Source: Azolla caroliniana
Taxonomy: Eukaryota; Plantae; Polypodiophyta
Direction: 5' to 3'
Assembly: GCA_043228905.1 (NCBI GenBank)
Contig: JBHGNT010000017.1
Span: 11,098,001 to 11,162,000 of the forward strand
Length of the DNA stretch: 64,000 bases
In this document: one piece after another, positions 1-11,000 of the stretch
Layout of the letters: every line of letters begins with the position of its first letter
Position numbering within the stretch: position 1 is the stretch's first letter
Program-made: the position numbers and the translations under genes
Notes under the pieces: generated by a model
What the model saw: only the letters and a program-made list of their open reading frames with translations
Database searches by the model: none
Told to the model about the DNA's origin: nothing

Positions 1-9
1 GGCATCTCG

Positions 10-2029
10 ATGAAGGAAGTTGACATCAACACGAAATATAAAACGGTGGATAAGAAGATCAAACCAGTTGCAGTTCCGCTACTGGAAGATAGCTGGCAGA
101 AGATGAAGGAAGTCGCTAACAATCCAAGCTTAAGAGATCCGAAGACGATAGGTCATGTCTTCACCAAAGAGACGAAGGGGAAGCTACGAGTTGGAAAGGA
201 GGATTTCCTTCTCCTTGAAGAGGAGCGAATGTTTTGCGATATGCTTGAGAGACATGGGAAGGCTTTCGCATTCTTCCCACGAGAAATCGGATGTGCCGAC
301 CCAAAGGTTATAGAGCCGATGGTGATCTCATGTGCCTCATGTGCCTTGGAATTTGAAACCGATACTGGTTCCGAGAGCACACCATCCGAAGCTGATCAAG
401 CTCTTAAAGGAGAAGGTGAGTATGGGAATTCTACAACCGTCGAATGCTCCTTATTCCAATAGGTGGTTCACGGTGCCGAAGAAGAATGGATCATTGCGAT
501 TCATCCAAGATCTTCAACCCGTCAACAAGGTGAAAATTCGAAATGCCGGAATTGGTCCGAGCGTGGACGAATTTGCCGAAGCGTTTGCGGGCCGGTCCAT
601 CTACTGCATTGGTGATCTCTACTCCGGATATGACCAATTCCAATTGGCGATCGACAGTCGGGACATTACAACCATGAGGACTCCGATCGGGCTTGTGCGG
701 ATGTGTACCTTACCCCAAGGCGCAACGAACTCGATGGCTCATATGGTGAATGCCATGAATAAAGTCTTGAAGGATTGCATCCTGGACATCACGATGCCAT
801 TCTTGGATGATATTCCGATAAAAGGATGTTCGGGTGAGGAGAAAGATGAATTGAAAGATAAGGAAGGTTGTAGAAAGTTCATTGTGGATCATATGAAAGA
901 TTGTGAGAAGGTGCTTCAAAGGCTCGAAGATGCGAATTTGACATTTTCGGGAGAAAAATCCGCATTCGGGCAACCGGAGACCTTGGTGGTAGGTCACTTA
1001 TGTGGGGCATATGGCTGGAAGCCTTTGCCATACAAAGTGAACATGATCCAAGACATAAAAGAAGAATGCGAAAATCAAACGGAGGTTAGAAGGTTCCTTG
1101 GAGCATGCGCATTTTATCATATCTGGATTCCGCACTACGCTCATGTTGCTGAACCGTTATATGGACTACTAAAGAAAAGAATGAAGTTCGAATGGCGAGA
1201 CAAGCACACAAATGCGATGCGAAGATTGAAGAAATTGGTTCTTGAAGCTCCGGCACTAAGGAAGGCCGACTATGCCGAAGGGAAGCCGATTTACGTGAGC
1301 GTAGATACGAGCCCAACTGGAATCGAGTGGGTCATCAATCAAGAAGAAGAAGATAATGCGCAATATGCCGTCCGGTTCAGAGCAAAGATTCTCAGCGAAC
1401 GGAAACAAAGATATGCCCAAGTCAAGCGGGAACTTTGGGGTATTGTGTCAGAAGTGAAGACGAACAAAGATTACATGATCGGGTCGGAAGTGATAATAGA
1501 GACAGATTGTCTCGCAATTCTCGGAATGGTCTCGGGATGTGCGACCCCAGATCTTGCTATGCTAAGGTGGATCACCTACATCAAGTCTTTAAACCCAGAG
1601 ATCCGTCACATTGCAAGGAAGAAGAACGACATGGCTAACATGCTGTCGAGGGCAAGATTTGAAAATGGGAGCAACATGGTTTCGGAAGATGAAGATGTCG
1701 TCCTCGACTTCTTCAAGATGGCTCGATTATCGGCGAAAGACCAGGACACCCAAACCCTCCATGCCTTCAACGAGAATGAGTACGAAGGAAAGTGGTTACT
1801 GATTGGTAGATTCCTAAGAACATTGACGGTAGATGCTTCGTTGACAAAGGAGGAGGCCCTACAAATCTGGAAGAAAGCTTACCGATACTTCTTAAAGGGA
1901 GGATTCCTTTGGCAACATCCAAAAAGAAGGACAGGAATACCACGTCGAGTGGTGGTGAAGAAAGAAGAGCAAGATATGCTGATGACCGACTTCAACGAGA
2001 GTGCTTGGGCAGGTCATAGAGGAACATGG
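10..2029 (+). pseudogene. pol: gypsy pol (RT-RNase H, start of integrase Zn-finger), frameshifted near 330, cut by copia insertion
   Basis: ORFs 10..462 and 332..2071: LRFIQDLQPVN, DLYSGYDQ, LPQGATNS, PFLDD, VDTSP, ETDC motifs. Confidence 0.92.
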
Positions 2030-2090
2030 TGTTGGGAGTTCGGTCCCTCCGGATGGGATGTCCGGAGATGAATGACGGCAAGCCCGGTTG

Positions 2091-2281
2091 CGGTTACGGA
2101 GCCGGATGATGAAGACCCCGGCTACGGAGCCGGATGATGAATACCCCGGCTACGGAGCCGGATGATGAATACCCCGGTTACGGAGCCGGATGATGAAGAC
2201 CCCGGTTACGGAGCCGGATGATGAAGACCCCGGTTACGGAGCCGGATGATGAAGACCCCGGTTACGGAGCCGGATGACGAA
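2091..2281 (+). repeat. 28-bp tandem repeat in C1 5' LTR U3 (6 full + 1 partial copy)
   Basis: CGGTTACGGAGCCGGATGATGAAGACCC units; the 3' LTR copy (6212-6374) has one unit fewer. Confidence 0.95.
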
Positions 2282-2564
2282 TGTACCCGGAGAAAGATCC
2301 GGATGCGGGGACATATTTGTGAATATGTTTGCCAAGAGCCCTTGAGGCTATATTTGTAAATAGCCCGAAAGTCATATGTGTATAAATATGACTTAGGGCA
2401 AACAGTTTAGGTTGTTGCTCATTTTATGCGAAAAGAGAGCAGCCGAGAGAGAGAAGGAGAGGGAGAGAGAGAGAGAGAGAGACGAAGAGGTTGTTGCCTC
2501 TGTGTATTACCGCCGCCTGTGGCGAAGACAGTGAGCTCAAGGTTGTTGCCTTGTAGCCTCATTA

Positions 2565-5500
2565 GTGTACATCCCTGTTCATAGTGATAGTTGGAGTTTG
2601 AGGACTCCCGTGGTTTTTTCCCATTTAGGGTTTTTCCACGTAAAACATCCAGTGTACCTTTCTCTCTCTATTGTCCCTGTGCACTGTGTATTTCCCGTTT
2701 TCTGTGAGTTGATCCTATTCCTCAGTTGTGGCCGAGCACTGCGTTCAAGAGGAAGACCCACATGCTTCCACTGTGGGAAGCCGGGGCACTTCCGGAAGAA
2801 TTGTCGGCATTACCGAAAGGACAACGGAGCCGACGACACCGATTCGAAGAAGTCACCGGAGAGAAACGGCGCATACCGGGGAGCCACGGACCGAAGAGGT
2901 CCGGAACGGCGAGGGCAGGACCGGAAAGGAACGACAGCACTCGCGGCAAGTGAAGAAGAGATAATGCTCATTACCGAAGAGACGGAGCTGAACCTTGCCG
3001 GTGAAGAGATGACCTGGGTGGTCGATTCCGGAGCATCATTCCACCTGACCCCGGAGAAGAAATACTTCTCATCCTACACAGCCGGTGAGCACGGCTGTGT
3101 CCGGATGGGAAATGAAGGTACATGCCGGATTGCCGGCATAGGAGATGTGTGGCTGATGACATCAACCGGATGCAAGATGCTGCTGAAGGATGTCCGACAC
3201 GTTCCGGAGGTTCGATTGAACCTGATTTCGGCCGGGAGGCTAGACGATGAAGGCTACACGGGTAGCATCCGCAACGGTGTCATGAAGTTCAGCAAAGGGA
3301 GCCTGATAGTGGCTCGGGCCCGGAAGGTCAACACACTGTACCTGATGAATTCCCGGCTATGTCCGGAGGAGCTGAACGTGGCAGCTGACTCTGCCGGTGA
3401 GCTGTGGCACAAGAGACTGTGCCACATGAGCGAGAAGGGGATGAAGAGGCTTGCAGAAGACAACCTTATCCCAGTGAAGTATGTGCATCTGGAGAAGTGC
3501 ACCGATTGCCTGGCCGGTAAGCAGAACCGAGCCTCCTTCCACTCAAGGCCACCGACGAGACGTAGCGCACCATTGGAGTTGGTGCACACCGACGTGTGTC
3601 AAGTAGAAACGAAGTCACATGGCGGAGCCCAGTACTTCGTGACATTCATTGATGACCACAGCCGGAAGCTGTGGACGGCACCGTTGAAGACAAAGGACCA
3701 AGTGTTGTGCGTCTTCAAAGAACTCCACGCGAGAGTGGAAAGGGAATCCGGCAAGAAGCTGAAAGCGATACGAGCGGATAACGGAGGGGAATACCGGGGG
3801 CAGTTCAAGGAGTATTGTCGCTCGAAGGGAATCCGGCTCGAGTTTACTGTGCCGAAGACGCCGGAACTGAACGGGCTGGCCGAGAGGATGAACCGGACCA
3901 TAATGGAGAGGGTCCGGAGTATGCTGGCGCATGCGAAATTACCCAAGGGGTTTTGGGCTGAGGCAATGTCGACGGCGACATATGTGATAAATAGATCACC
4001 CTCAGTACCCCTGGATGGAGACACGCCACAGAGAGTGTGGACCGGTAAGGAAGTGTCCTACCGGCATCTGAAGGTGTTTGGGTGTCTCGCATACGTGCAT
4101 GTGGCTAAGGACCGGAGAGGAAAGTTAGATCCAAAGACCCAGCCATGCATATTCCTCGGTTACGGCGACGACGAGTTCGGCTACCGAGTATGGGACCCGG
4201 TCGACAAGAAGATATTCAGGAGTCGAGATATCATCTTCATGGAGGACAAGACACTCGCCGACTGGGAGTCAGAGAAGAAGATGAAGAGCTCCAAGTCGAC
4301 CGGTGAGGATCAACTCTACGAGGAGCAGTCCCGACCGGCAAGGGACCGGTTAGCACTCGAGGATCCGGCCGAAGACGGTGAAGAAACAGAACCGGCCGAG
4401 GAAGATGAAACTGATACCGGAATCGGCCCCGATCCCGAAATGGATTTGGATGAAGAGGAAACGGAGCAGCCGGTTACCGAAGCTCCGGAACGGAGATACC
4501 CTCTAAGAGAGAGAAGGGCCCCCCGGAGATTTCCGGAACCAGAGCACGTGCTGCTAACCGACGAGGGGGAGCCGGAGAGTTTTGAAGAAGCAAAGCTTGA
4601 CACCCATAGTCGCAGGTGGGTAAGTGCCATGCAGGAGGAGATGGATTCCCTGCATGAGAACCACACATATGAACTTGTGGAGTTGCCGAAAGGAAAGCGG
4701 GCACTTCGAAACAAGTGGGTGTTCAAGCTGAAACCGGGAGATGCCGGAAACCCCCCGAGATACAAAGCCAGGATCGTGGTAAAGGGGTTCCAGCAGAAGA
4801 AGGGCGTCGACTTCGACGAGATATTTGCCCCGGTAGTGAAGATGACCTCCATCCGGACGGTGCTGAGCATAGTGGCAAGCATGGACCTCGAGGTAGAACA
4901 GATGGACGTGAAGACGGCATTCCTTCACGGTGACCTCGAAGAAGAGATCTACATGCAGCAACCGGAAGGATTCGAGAAGAAAGGGAAGGAGCACCTGGTA
5001 TGCCGGTTGAAGAAGAGCCTTTACGGACTGAAGCAGGCTCCCCGGCAATGGTACCGGAAGTTCGACTCCTTCATGACCGACGAAGGGTACCTCAAAACGC
5101 AGTCCGATCACTGCGTGTTTGTGAAGAAGTTCGAAGGAGGAGACTCTCTAATACTCCTCCTGTACGTGGACGACATGTTGATCGTCGGACGGGACCAGGG
5201 CAAGATACGGATGCTGAAGAAAGCACTTCACCGAACCTTCTCAATGAAGGACCTGGGTCCGGCGAGGCAAATACTAGGGATGCATATCATCCGGGACCGG
5301 AAGAAGAAGCAGTTGTGGCTGTCACAGGAGAAGTACGTAACAAAGGTGCTTCACCGGTTCAATATGTCGGAAGCAAGACCAGTTGGATCAACCCTCCCGG
5401 CAAACTGCAAGTTGTCCAGCAAGCAAAGCCCCAAGACAAAGGCTGAGAAAGAGGACATGATGAAAATACCATATGCCTCTGCCGTCGGAAGCTTGATGTA

Positions 5501-6140
5501 CGCAATGGTGTGTACAAGACCGGACATAGGATACGCAGTCGGAGTGGTGAGCCGGTACATGAGCAATCCCGGCAAGGAGCACTGGAACGCGGTCAAGTGG
5601 ATACTCCGATACCTGAAGGGCACGGCAAACGTGTGCCTCCGATTCGGCTCCGGTAAGCCCGAACTCGACGGCTTTACCGATTCGGATATGTCGGCTGATG
5701 CAGATACCAGCCGGTCCACATCAGGGTATGTGATGACGAATGCAGGGGGGGCTGTTTCGTGGCAGTCGAGGCTGCAGAAGACGGTTGCGTTGTCAACCAC
5801 GGAGGCGGAGTACATGGCGGCTGTTGAAGCCGGCAAGGAAATGATATGGATGAAGGACTTCATTAGAGAGCTCGGTATCCGGCAGGAGGAGTACCGACTC
5901 TACTGCGACAGTCAGAGTGCCATCCACCTTGCGAAGAATGCGACCTATCACTCCCGGACGAAGCACATCCAGCGTAGATACCACTGGATCCGGGAAAGGA
6001 TAGAAGACAAGGAGTTCGTGCTGACGAAGATCCACACAGACGAGAACGGGTCGGATATGCTGACCAAGGTTCTCACACCCGACAAGCTGGAAGCATGCCG
6101 GAAGAGGATCGGATTGGAGAGACATCCCATGCCGAAGTGA
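2565..6140 (+). CDS. pol: LTR-U5/Gag Zn-knuckle/Pol fusion ORF (PR-IN-RT-RH); first internal ATG about 2964
   Basis: 1191-codon ORF with CFHCGKPGHFRKNC, VVDSGAS, HTDV..ADNGGEY, LYVDDML, RTKHI; N-terminal ~60 codons are LTR-derived. Confidence 0.9.
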   Translation: MYIPVHSDSWSLRTPVVFSHLGFFHVKHPVYLSLSIVPVHCVFPVFCELILFLSCGRALRSRGRPTCFHCGKPGHFRKNCRHYRKDNGADDTDSKKSPERNGAYRGATDRRGPERRGQDRKGTTALAASEEEIMLITEETELNLAGEEMTWVVDSGASFHLTPEKKYFSSYTAGEHGCVRMGNEGTCRIAGIGDVWLMTSTGCKMLLKDVRHVPEVRLNLISAGRLDDEGYTGSIRNGVMKFSKGSLIVARARKVNTLYLMNSRLCPEELNVAADSAGELWHKRLCHMSEKGMKRLAEDNLIPVKYVHLEKCTDCLAGKQNRASFHSRPPTRRSAPLELVHTDVCQVETKSHGGAQYFVTFIDDHSRKLWTAPLKTKDQVLCVFKELHARVERESGKKLKAIRADNGGEYRGQFKEYCRSKGIRLEFTVPKTPELNGLAERMNRTIMERVRSMLAHAKLPKGFWAEAMSTATYVINRSPSVPLDGDTPQRVWTGKEVSYRHLKVFGCLAYVHVAKDRRGKLDPKTQPCIFLGYGDDEFGYRVWDPVDKKIFRSRDIIFMEDKTLADWESEKKMKSSKSTGEDQLYEEQSRPARDRLALEDPAEDGEETEPAEEDETDTGIGPDPEMDLDEEETEQPVTEAPERRYPLRERRAPRRFPEPEHVLLTDEGEPESFEEAKLDTHSRRWVSAMQEEMDSLHENHTYELVELPKGKRALRNKWVFKLKPGDAGNPPRYKARIVVKGFQQKKGVDFDEIFAPVVKMTSIRTVLSIVASMDLEVEQMDVKTAFLHGDLEEEIYMQQPEGFEKKGKEHLVCRLKKSLYGLKQAPRQWYRKFDSFMTDEGYLKTQSDHCVFVKKFEGGDSLILLLYVDDMLIVGRDQGKIRMLKKALHRTFSMKDLGPARQILGMHIIRDRKKKQLWLSQEKYVTKVLHRFNMSEARPVGSTLPANCKLSSKQSPKTKAEKEDMMKIPYASAVGSLMYAMVCTRPDIGYAVGVVSRYMSNPGKEHWNAVKWILRYLKGTANVCLRFGSGKPELDGFTDSDMSADADTSRSTSGYVMTNAGGAVSWQSRLQKTVALSTTEAEYMAAVEAGKEMIWMKDFIRELGIRQEEYRLYCDSQSAIHLAKNATYHSRTKHIQRRYHWIRERIEDKEFVLTKIHTDENGSDMLTKVLTPDKLEACRKRIGLERHPMPK

Positions 6141-6850
6141 AGGGGGAGTTTGTTGGGATTTCGGTCCCTCCGGATGGGATGTCCGGAGATGAATGACGGC
6201 AAGCCCGGTTGCGGTTACGGAGCCGGATGATGAAGACCCCGGCTACGGAGCCGGATGATGAATACCCCGGCTACGGAGCCGGATGATGAAGACCCCGGTT
6301 ACGGAGCCGGATGATGAAGACCCCGGTTACGGAGCCGGATGATGAAGACCCCGGTTACGGAGCCGGATGACGAATGTACCCGGAGAGAGATCCGGATGCG
6401 GGGACATATTTGTGAATATGTTTGCCAAGAGCCCTTGAGGCTATATTTGTAAATAGCCTGAAAGTCATATGTGTATAAATATGACTTAGGGCAAACAGTT
6501 TAGGTTGTTGCTCATTTTATGCGAAAAGAGAGCAGCCGAGAGAGAGAAGGAGAGGGAGAGAGAGAGAGAGAGAGAGACGAAGAGGTCGTTGCCTCTGTGT
6601 ATTACCGCCGCCTGTGGCGAAGACAGTGAGCTCAAGGTTGTTGCCTTGTAGCCTCATTAGTGTACATCCCTGTTCATAGTGATAGTTGGAGTTTGAGGAC
6701 TCCCGTGGTTTTTTCCCATTTAGGGTTTTTCCACGTAAAACATCCAGTGTACCTTTCTCTCTCTATTGTCCCTGTGCACTGTGTATTTCCCGTTTTCTGT
6801 GAGTTGATCCTATTCCTCGGTTGTGGCCGAGCACTGCGTTCAACACATGG

Positions 6851-7911
6851 GCGACGTTCGAAAAGTTGAAGGAGAAGTACTGGTGGCCAAGCATGTACAA
6901 AGATGTACTCCATTTCGTGTCCACATGTGAAACTTGTCAAATATATTCAAATATATGTCATCGTGATGAGTTACAACCGACATACCCACTCACCATACAC
7001 TTCAAATGGATGTTGGATCTGGTCTTGATGCCAATGGGAGTGGGACAAATGAAGTACTTAGCGTTGGCAAGGGAAGACTTGACAAATCAAGTGGAAGGAC
7101 GAGCCTTGACAAATAAGACGACTTCAGTCGTTTGCAAATTTCTGCTTGAAGAGGTTGTTTGCCAATACGGATGTGTGGGGAAGATAGTGGCCGACCGAGG
7201 GGAGTTGGATGCACATGAAGCGACGGAGCTCTTCAAACGACTAGGCGTGAAGCTCTCCCTCACAACTTCCTACAATCCGGAAGCGAATGGGAAGATCGAG
7301 CAAGGGCATGGACCTATCGTTAAAGTCATCGTACGGGCATGCAACGGTCGAGTCGGGAATTGGCCACGACTATTACCCTATGCCTTGTGGGCCGATAGAA
7401 CGACACACAACTCCATGATAGGGTATATGCCGACGGAGCTTCTGTATGGACAAAAGCCGGTTATACCCATCGAAAGGGCGATCGCCTCATGGGTAGCGAT
7501 ACCGTGGGAGAACGAGATGAGCCGAGAAGAGTTATTAGCGGCGCGGATAAGGCAACTTGAAAGAAGACGTGAAGATCTAGAAAAAGCGCGAAAGATGATG
7601 GAGGCAGCCCGAGTAAAGAACAAAGTTCGGTTCAACAACACGCATCGACTTCGTCCCAAGAAGATTGAAGAAGGAGATTGGGTTTTGGTTTACGACAACA
7701 GCCTTGAAAATCAACACAGTACAACAAGAAAGTTCGAAAGAAGATGGTTCGGGCCGTATGTGGTGACAAGTGTCAACGATAATGCCACATACCACCTTGC
7801 GGAGCTAGACGGATCAAGGTTGGTCGTCCCACTGCAGAAAAAAGAGTAAAGATTTTCAAGAAAAGACAAGACGAGAATCCTGACCTCGATCACCTCGACG
7901 ATGAACATAAT
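6851..7911 (+). pseudogene. pol: gypsy integrase core and GPY/F module (continuation of G1 pol)
   Basis: ORF 6821..7849: YWWPSM..CETCQ, IVADRGE, YNPEANGKIE, WFGPY. Confidence 0.9.
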
Positions 7912-8081
7912 AGGGCGGATGTAAATGAAGACATGGAGGAATCTGATTGATCACCCTAGCCGAAATCTCACTTTTTCTCTTCTTGGCACGTACCGGAGGA
8001 CGTGCGGTTTGGTGGGGGTGGATGTCGTGAAGATTTTCAGCAATGGTGTGAAAATCACATAAAACGTACAAAATCGAGTAT

Positions 8082-11000
8082 TGTTGAGAATCAAGCCCAA
8101 CTTGGTCTAGTGTGTGAACTCACCTTGAGAGTGAATAGACACTCCAACGGTCAAGAGTCACCATTATGTCACCTCTTTGCATTCTAGCATTTATTATCAG
8201 TCATAGAATCATATTCTATGACACATAACTTATGAGCTTTCACATTCCTTATGCTCCATGAGTCTTGTAGTTAATGAAGAGAGAGGGTGACTATATAAAG
8301 CACCCTCCTCCCACCTTGTATGATGTTGAGTCTTTCTCCTTTGTTAATACTCTTAACCTTGCGTATTCTCTGTGTTTTACTCCTTGTCTCTCTCACACTC
8401 TCTCTCTCACACACTCACATAACATACATCTTTCCGCTACACAAGAAACTATCTCTTGATTCTTTACATGGTATCAGATTGATTTGGTAGCTCGATCTAC
8501 CCCATTCGCCTCATCGTGATCGTGTGTTGTGCTCTACGCCGACAACCAAGAACCGGCTCATCGGTATCGTAGCTTCGTTACATAGCTCGCATTCGAAGAG
8601 AGAAGAAGAAGAGGAGGAGGAATTGACATAATGAATACTCAAATGGGGAGCGCTCTCCCTACCAACATGTTGGATCGAAACAACTTCGCATTTTGGGAGA
8701 ACAAGATGCACCAATACCTTGTCGGACAAGGCTATTGGAGCTACATCAAAGGAGCGCATGAAGACCGACCCGCCGAAGCGGCTCCCAGATACGCGACATG
8801 AGAGCAAGCCACAAGCCGCATGATGTATTTCTTGGCGACATGTGTTCACGATCACATGCGCGGCTACATTCGCGAAGCCAAGACGCCGAAGGAGGCATGG
8901 GAAAATCTACAAAAGATTTTCGTGGCGAACACAACCGCAAGAAGACTTCAACTCCTCCAAGAGTTGAACAACATTCAACAAAGGGACATGTCCATTACGA
9001 CATACACCTCGAAGACAAGGAGCTTTGCAATTTGCTCGGCTCAATAAGCGTAAATATCAATGATGATGAGATGGTTCAAATATGCCTTGGTGGCCTCGCA
9101 CCACGGTTCGGCGCGATGCGAACCGCTGTTCTAGCACGGGAGAAATCTCCCTCCTTCTTCGAGCTCCCAACAATGCTATTGGTCAAAGAAAACCACGTGC
9201 GTACAAGGAGCAATGAGTCGGAAGGCCACATGCTCTAGAAGCACTCGAACGGAGGAAGAGGACGCAGACGGTCAAGAGGCCGATTCGGCCAAGGACAAGG
9301 CGGACGAGGTTCGACCTACAATAACAACTCCCAATTTCGGCCGCAAAATGGAAGCCAACGAGGAACCTTCGGAAGAAGGGGGAGCTTCCACTCCGGCCCG
9401 AGCCATCAAAACGCAACCGAATGTGGATATTGCTAAAAGCTTAGCCACCACAAAGAAGAGTGTCGAAAGAAGATGCGTGAATCGGCTTCCACAAACCAAC
9501 AACTCACAAATTACGCGCACAATTCCAACTACGAAGAGTATAGCGGAATGTACGGGCACAAGTCCGACCGTGGCGGAATGTTCATGATGAAACATAGAAC
9601 AACCTCTATGTTGGCCTCTACCTCAACTAGTGCCCTCAAGTCGGAGAACGTATGGTTTGTTGACTCCGAAGCCTCAAACCATATGACATCTCATAAAGAA
9701 TGGTTTCTCGAACTTCGAGAGCTGGAGCAACCCGGTTATGTCGAAACCGGAGATGACACTACCCACCCGATTCGGCAGATCAGCAATGTTCCGTTCGGAA
9801 AAGAAAGTAAGCAAAATTACATTAAAAATGTCTTGCATGTACCGACCATTACGAAGAATTTGGTCTCCATCGGCCAAATTGTAGAGCAAGGGATGCAAGT
9901 TCGATTTAATCAAGGTGGTTGCTTCATCGAAAAAGAGGGCCAACTCATCGCACGCGGAAGAAGAGAGGGCCGGATGTTCATTCTCGATTCACGCGAGATG
10001 AAATCCGCCATGTTCGCAAAAAGCATGAAAGCCGACTCCGACATAGAGCTATGGCATAAGCGAATCGGCCACATCAATCTCAACAAACTCAAAGCAATGA
10101 AATTGAAAGGAGTCGTCATCGGACTCCTGACATTCAAAGAGAAGGAGATTGAAGGTGTATGTGAAGCGTGCCAATTAGGCAAGCAACACCGACACCCATT
10201 CCCGAAAGAGTGAAACGTGAGCAAATGTCTACTCGACATAGTCCATTCTGACGTATGGGGACCGGCGCAAACGGCTAGATTCGGCGGATGCCGATATTAC
10301 GTGCTCTTCATCGACGACTTTTCTAGGCACGCTTGGATCTATCTGATGTGGCAAAAGAGCGAAGTGTTCGGACACTTCCAAAAATTCAAGAATTAAGTCG
10401 AGAAAGCCACGGGCCGACATGTACGATGTCTCCGATCGGATGGCGGCAATGAGTACTTCTCGGACAATTTCACGGCGTATCTCCGAAAGGAAGGAATTCG
10501 GCGAGAATTCACTTGCCGACACACTCCGCAACAAAACAGAGTAGCCGAGCGCAAAAATCGGCACATCCTCGAAGTAGTGCGAGTCATGATGAACGAGAAC
10601 CATATGCCCATGTCATATTGGGCCGAAGCTGCAAATACGACCGTCTACCTAATGAACCGATGCACAACATCTAGCGTGCACGAGGTCACTCCGCATGAAA
10701 AATACTTCGGAAAGAAGCCGGACTTATCGCACATCCGCATATTCGGCGCGATAGCGTACGTGCACATCCCCGACAAGAGGCGTCCAAAGCTTGATCCGAA
10801 GTCGGAGAAATGTATCCTCGTAGGATACTCATTGGAGCAAAAGGGGTACAAGTGCTACAACCCCGCAACTCGAAAATCTCAAGTCGAGACGTTGTTTTTG
10901 ACGAGTCTGCATCCTGGTACGCACCAGAGACCTTCGCCTCCGACGCCACTCGACCCGGAATCCACCGAACAAGAGATCGAGGATGAAGATTGCCCTACGC

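Larger units (their letters stand above)
2030..6845 (+). mobile_element. Ty1/copia element C1 (Tnt1/Tork-like); PBS and most of gag deleted, pol intact
   Basis: TSD CATGG 2025-2029 / 6846-6850; near-identical LTRs 2030-2748 and 6151-6845; PPT GAAGGGGGAG 6139-6148. Confidence 0.96.

Noticed and set aside
2091-2281. CRISPR-like regular repeats (also 15970-16200, 21320-21600, 35125-35575)
   Set aside because: No unique spacers and no cas genes; they are tandem repeats inside LTR elements of a eukaryotic genome
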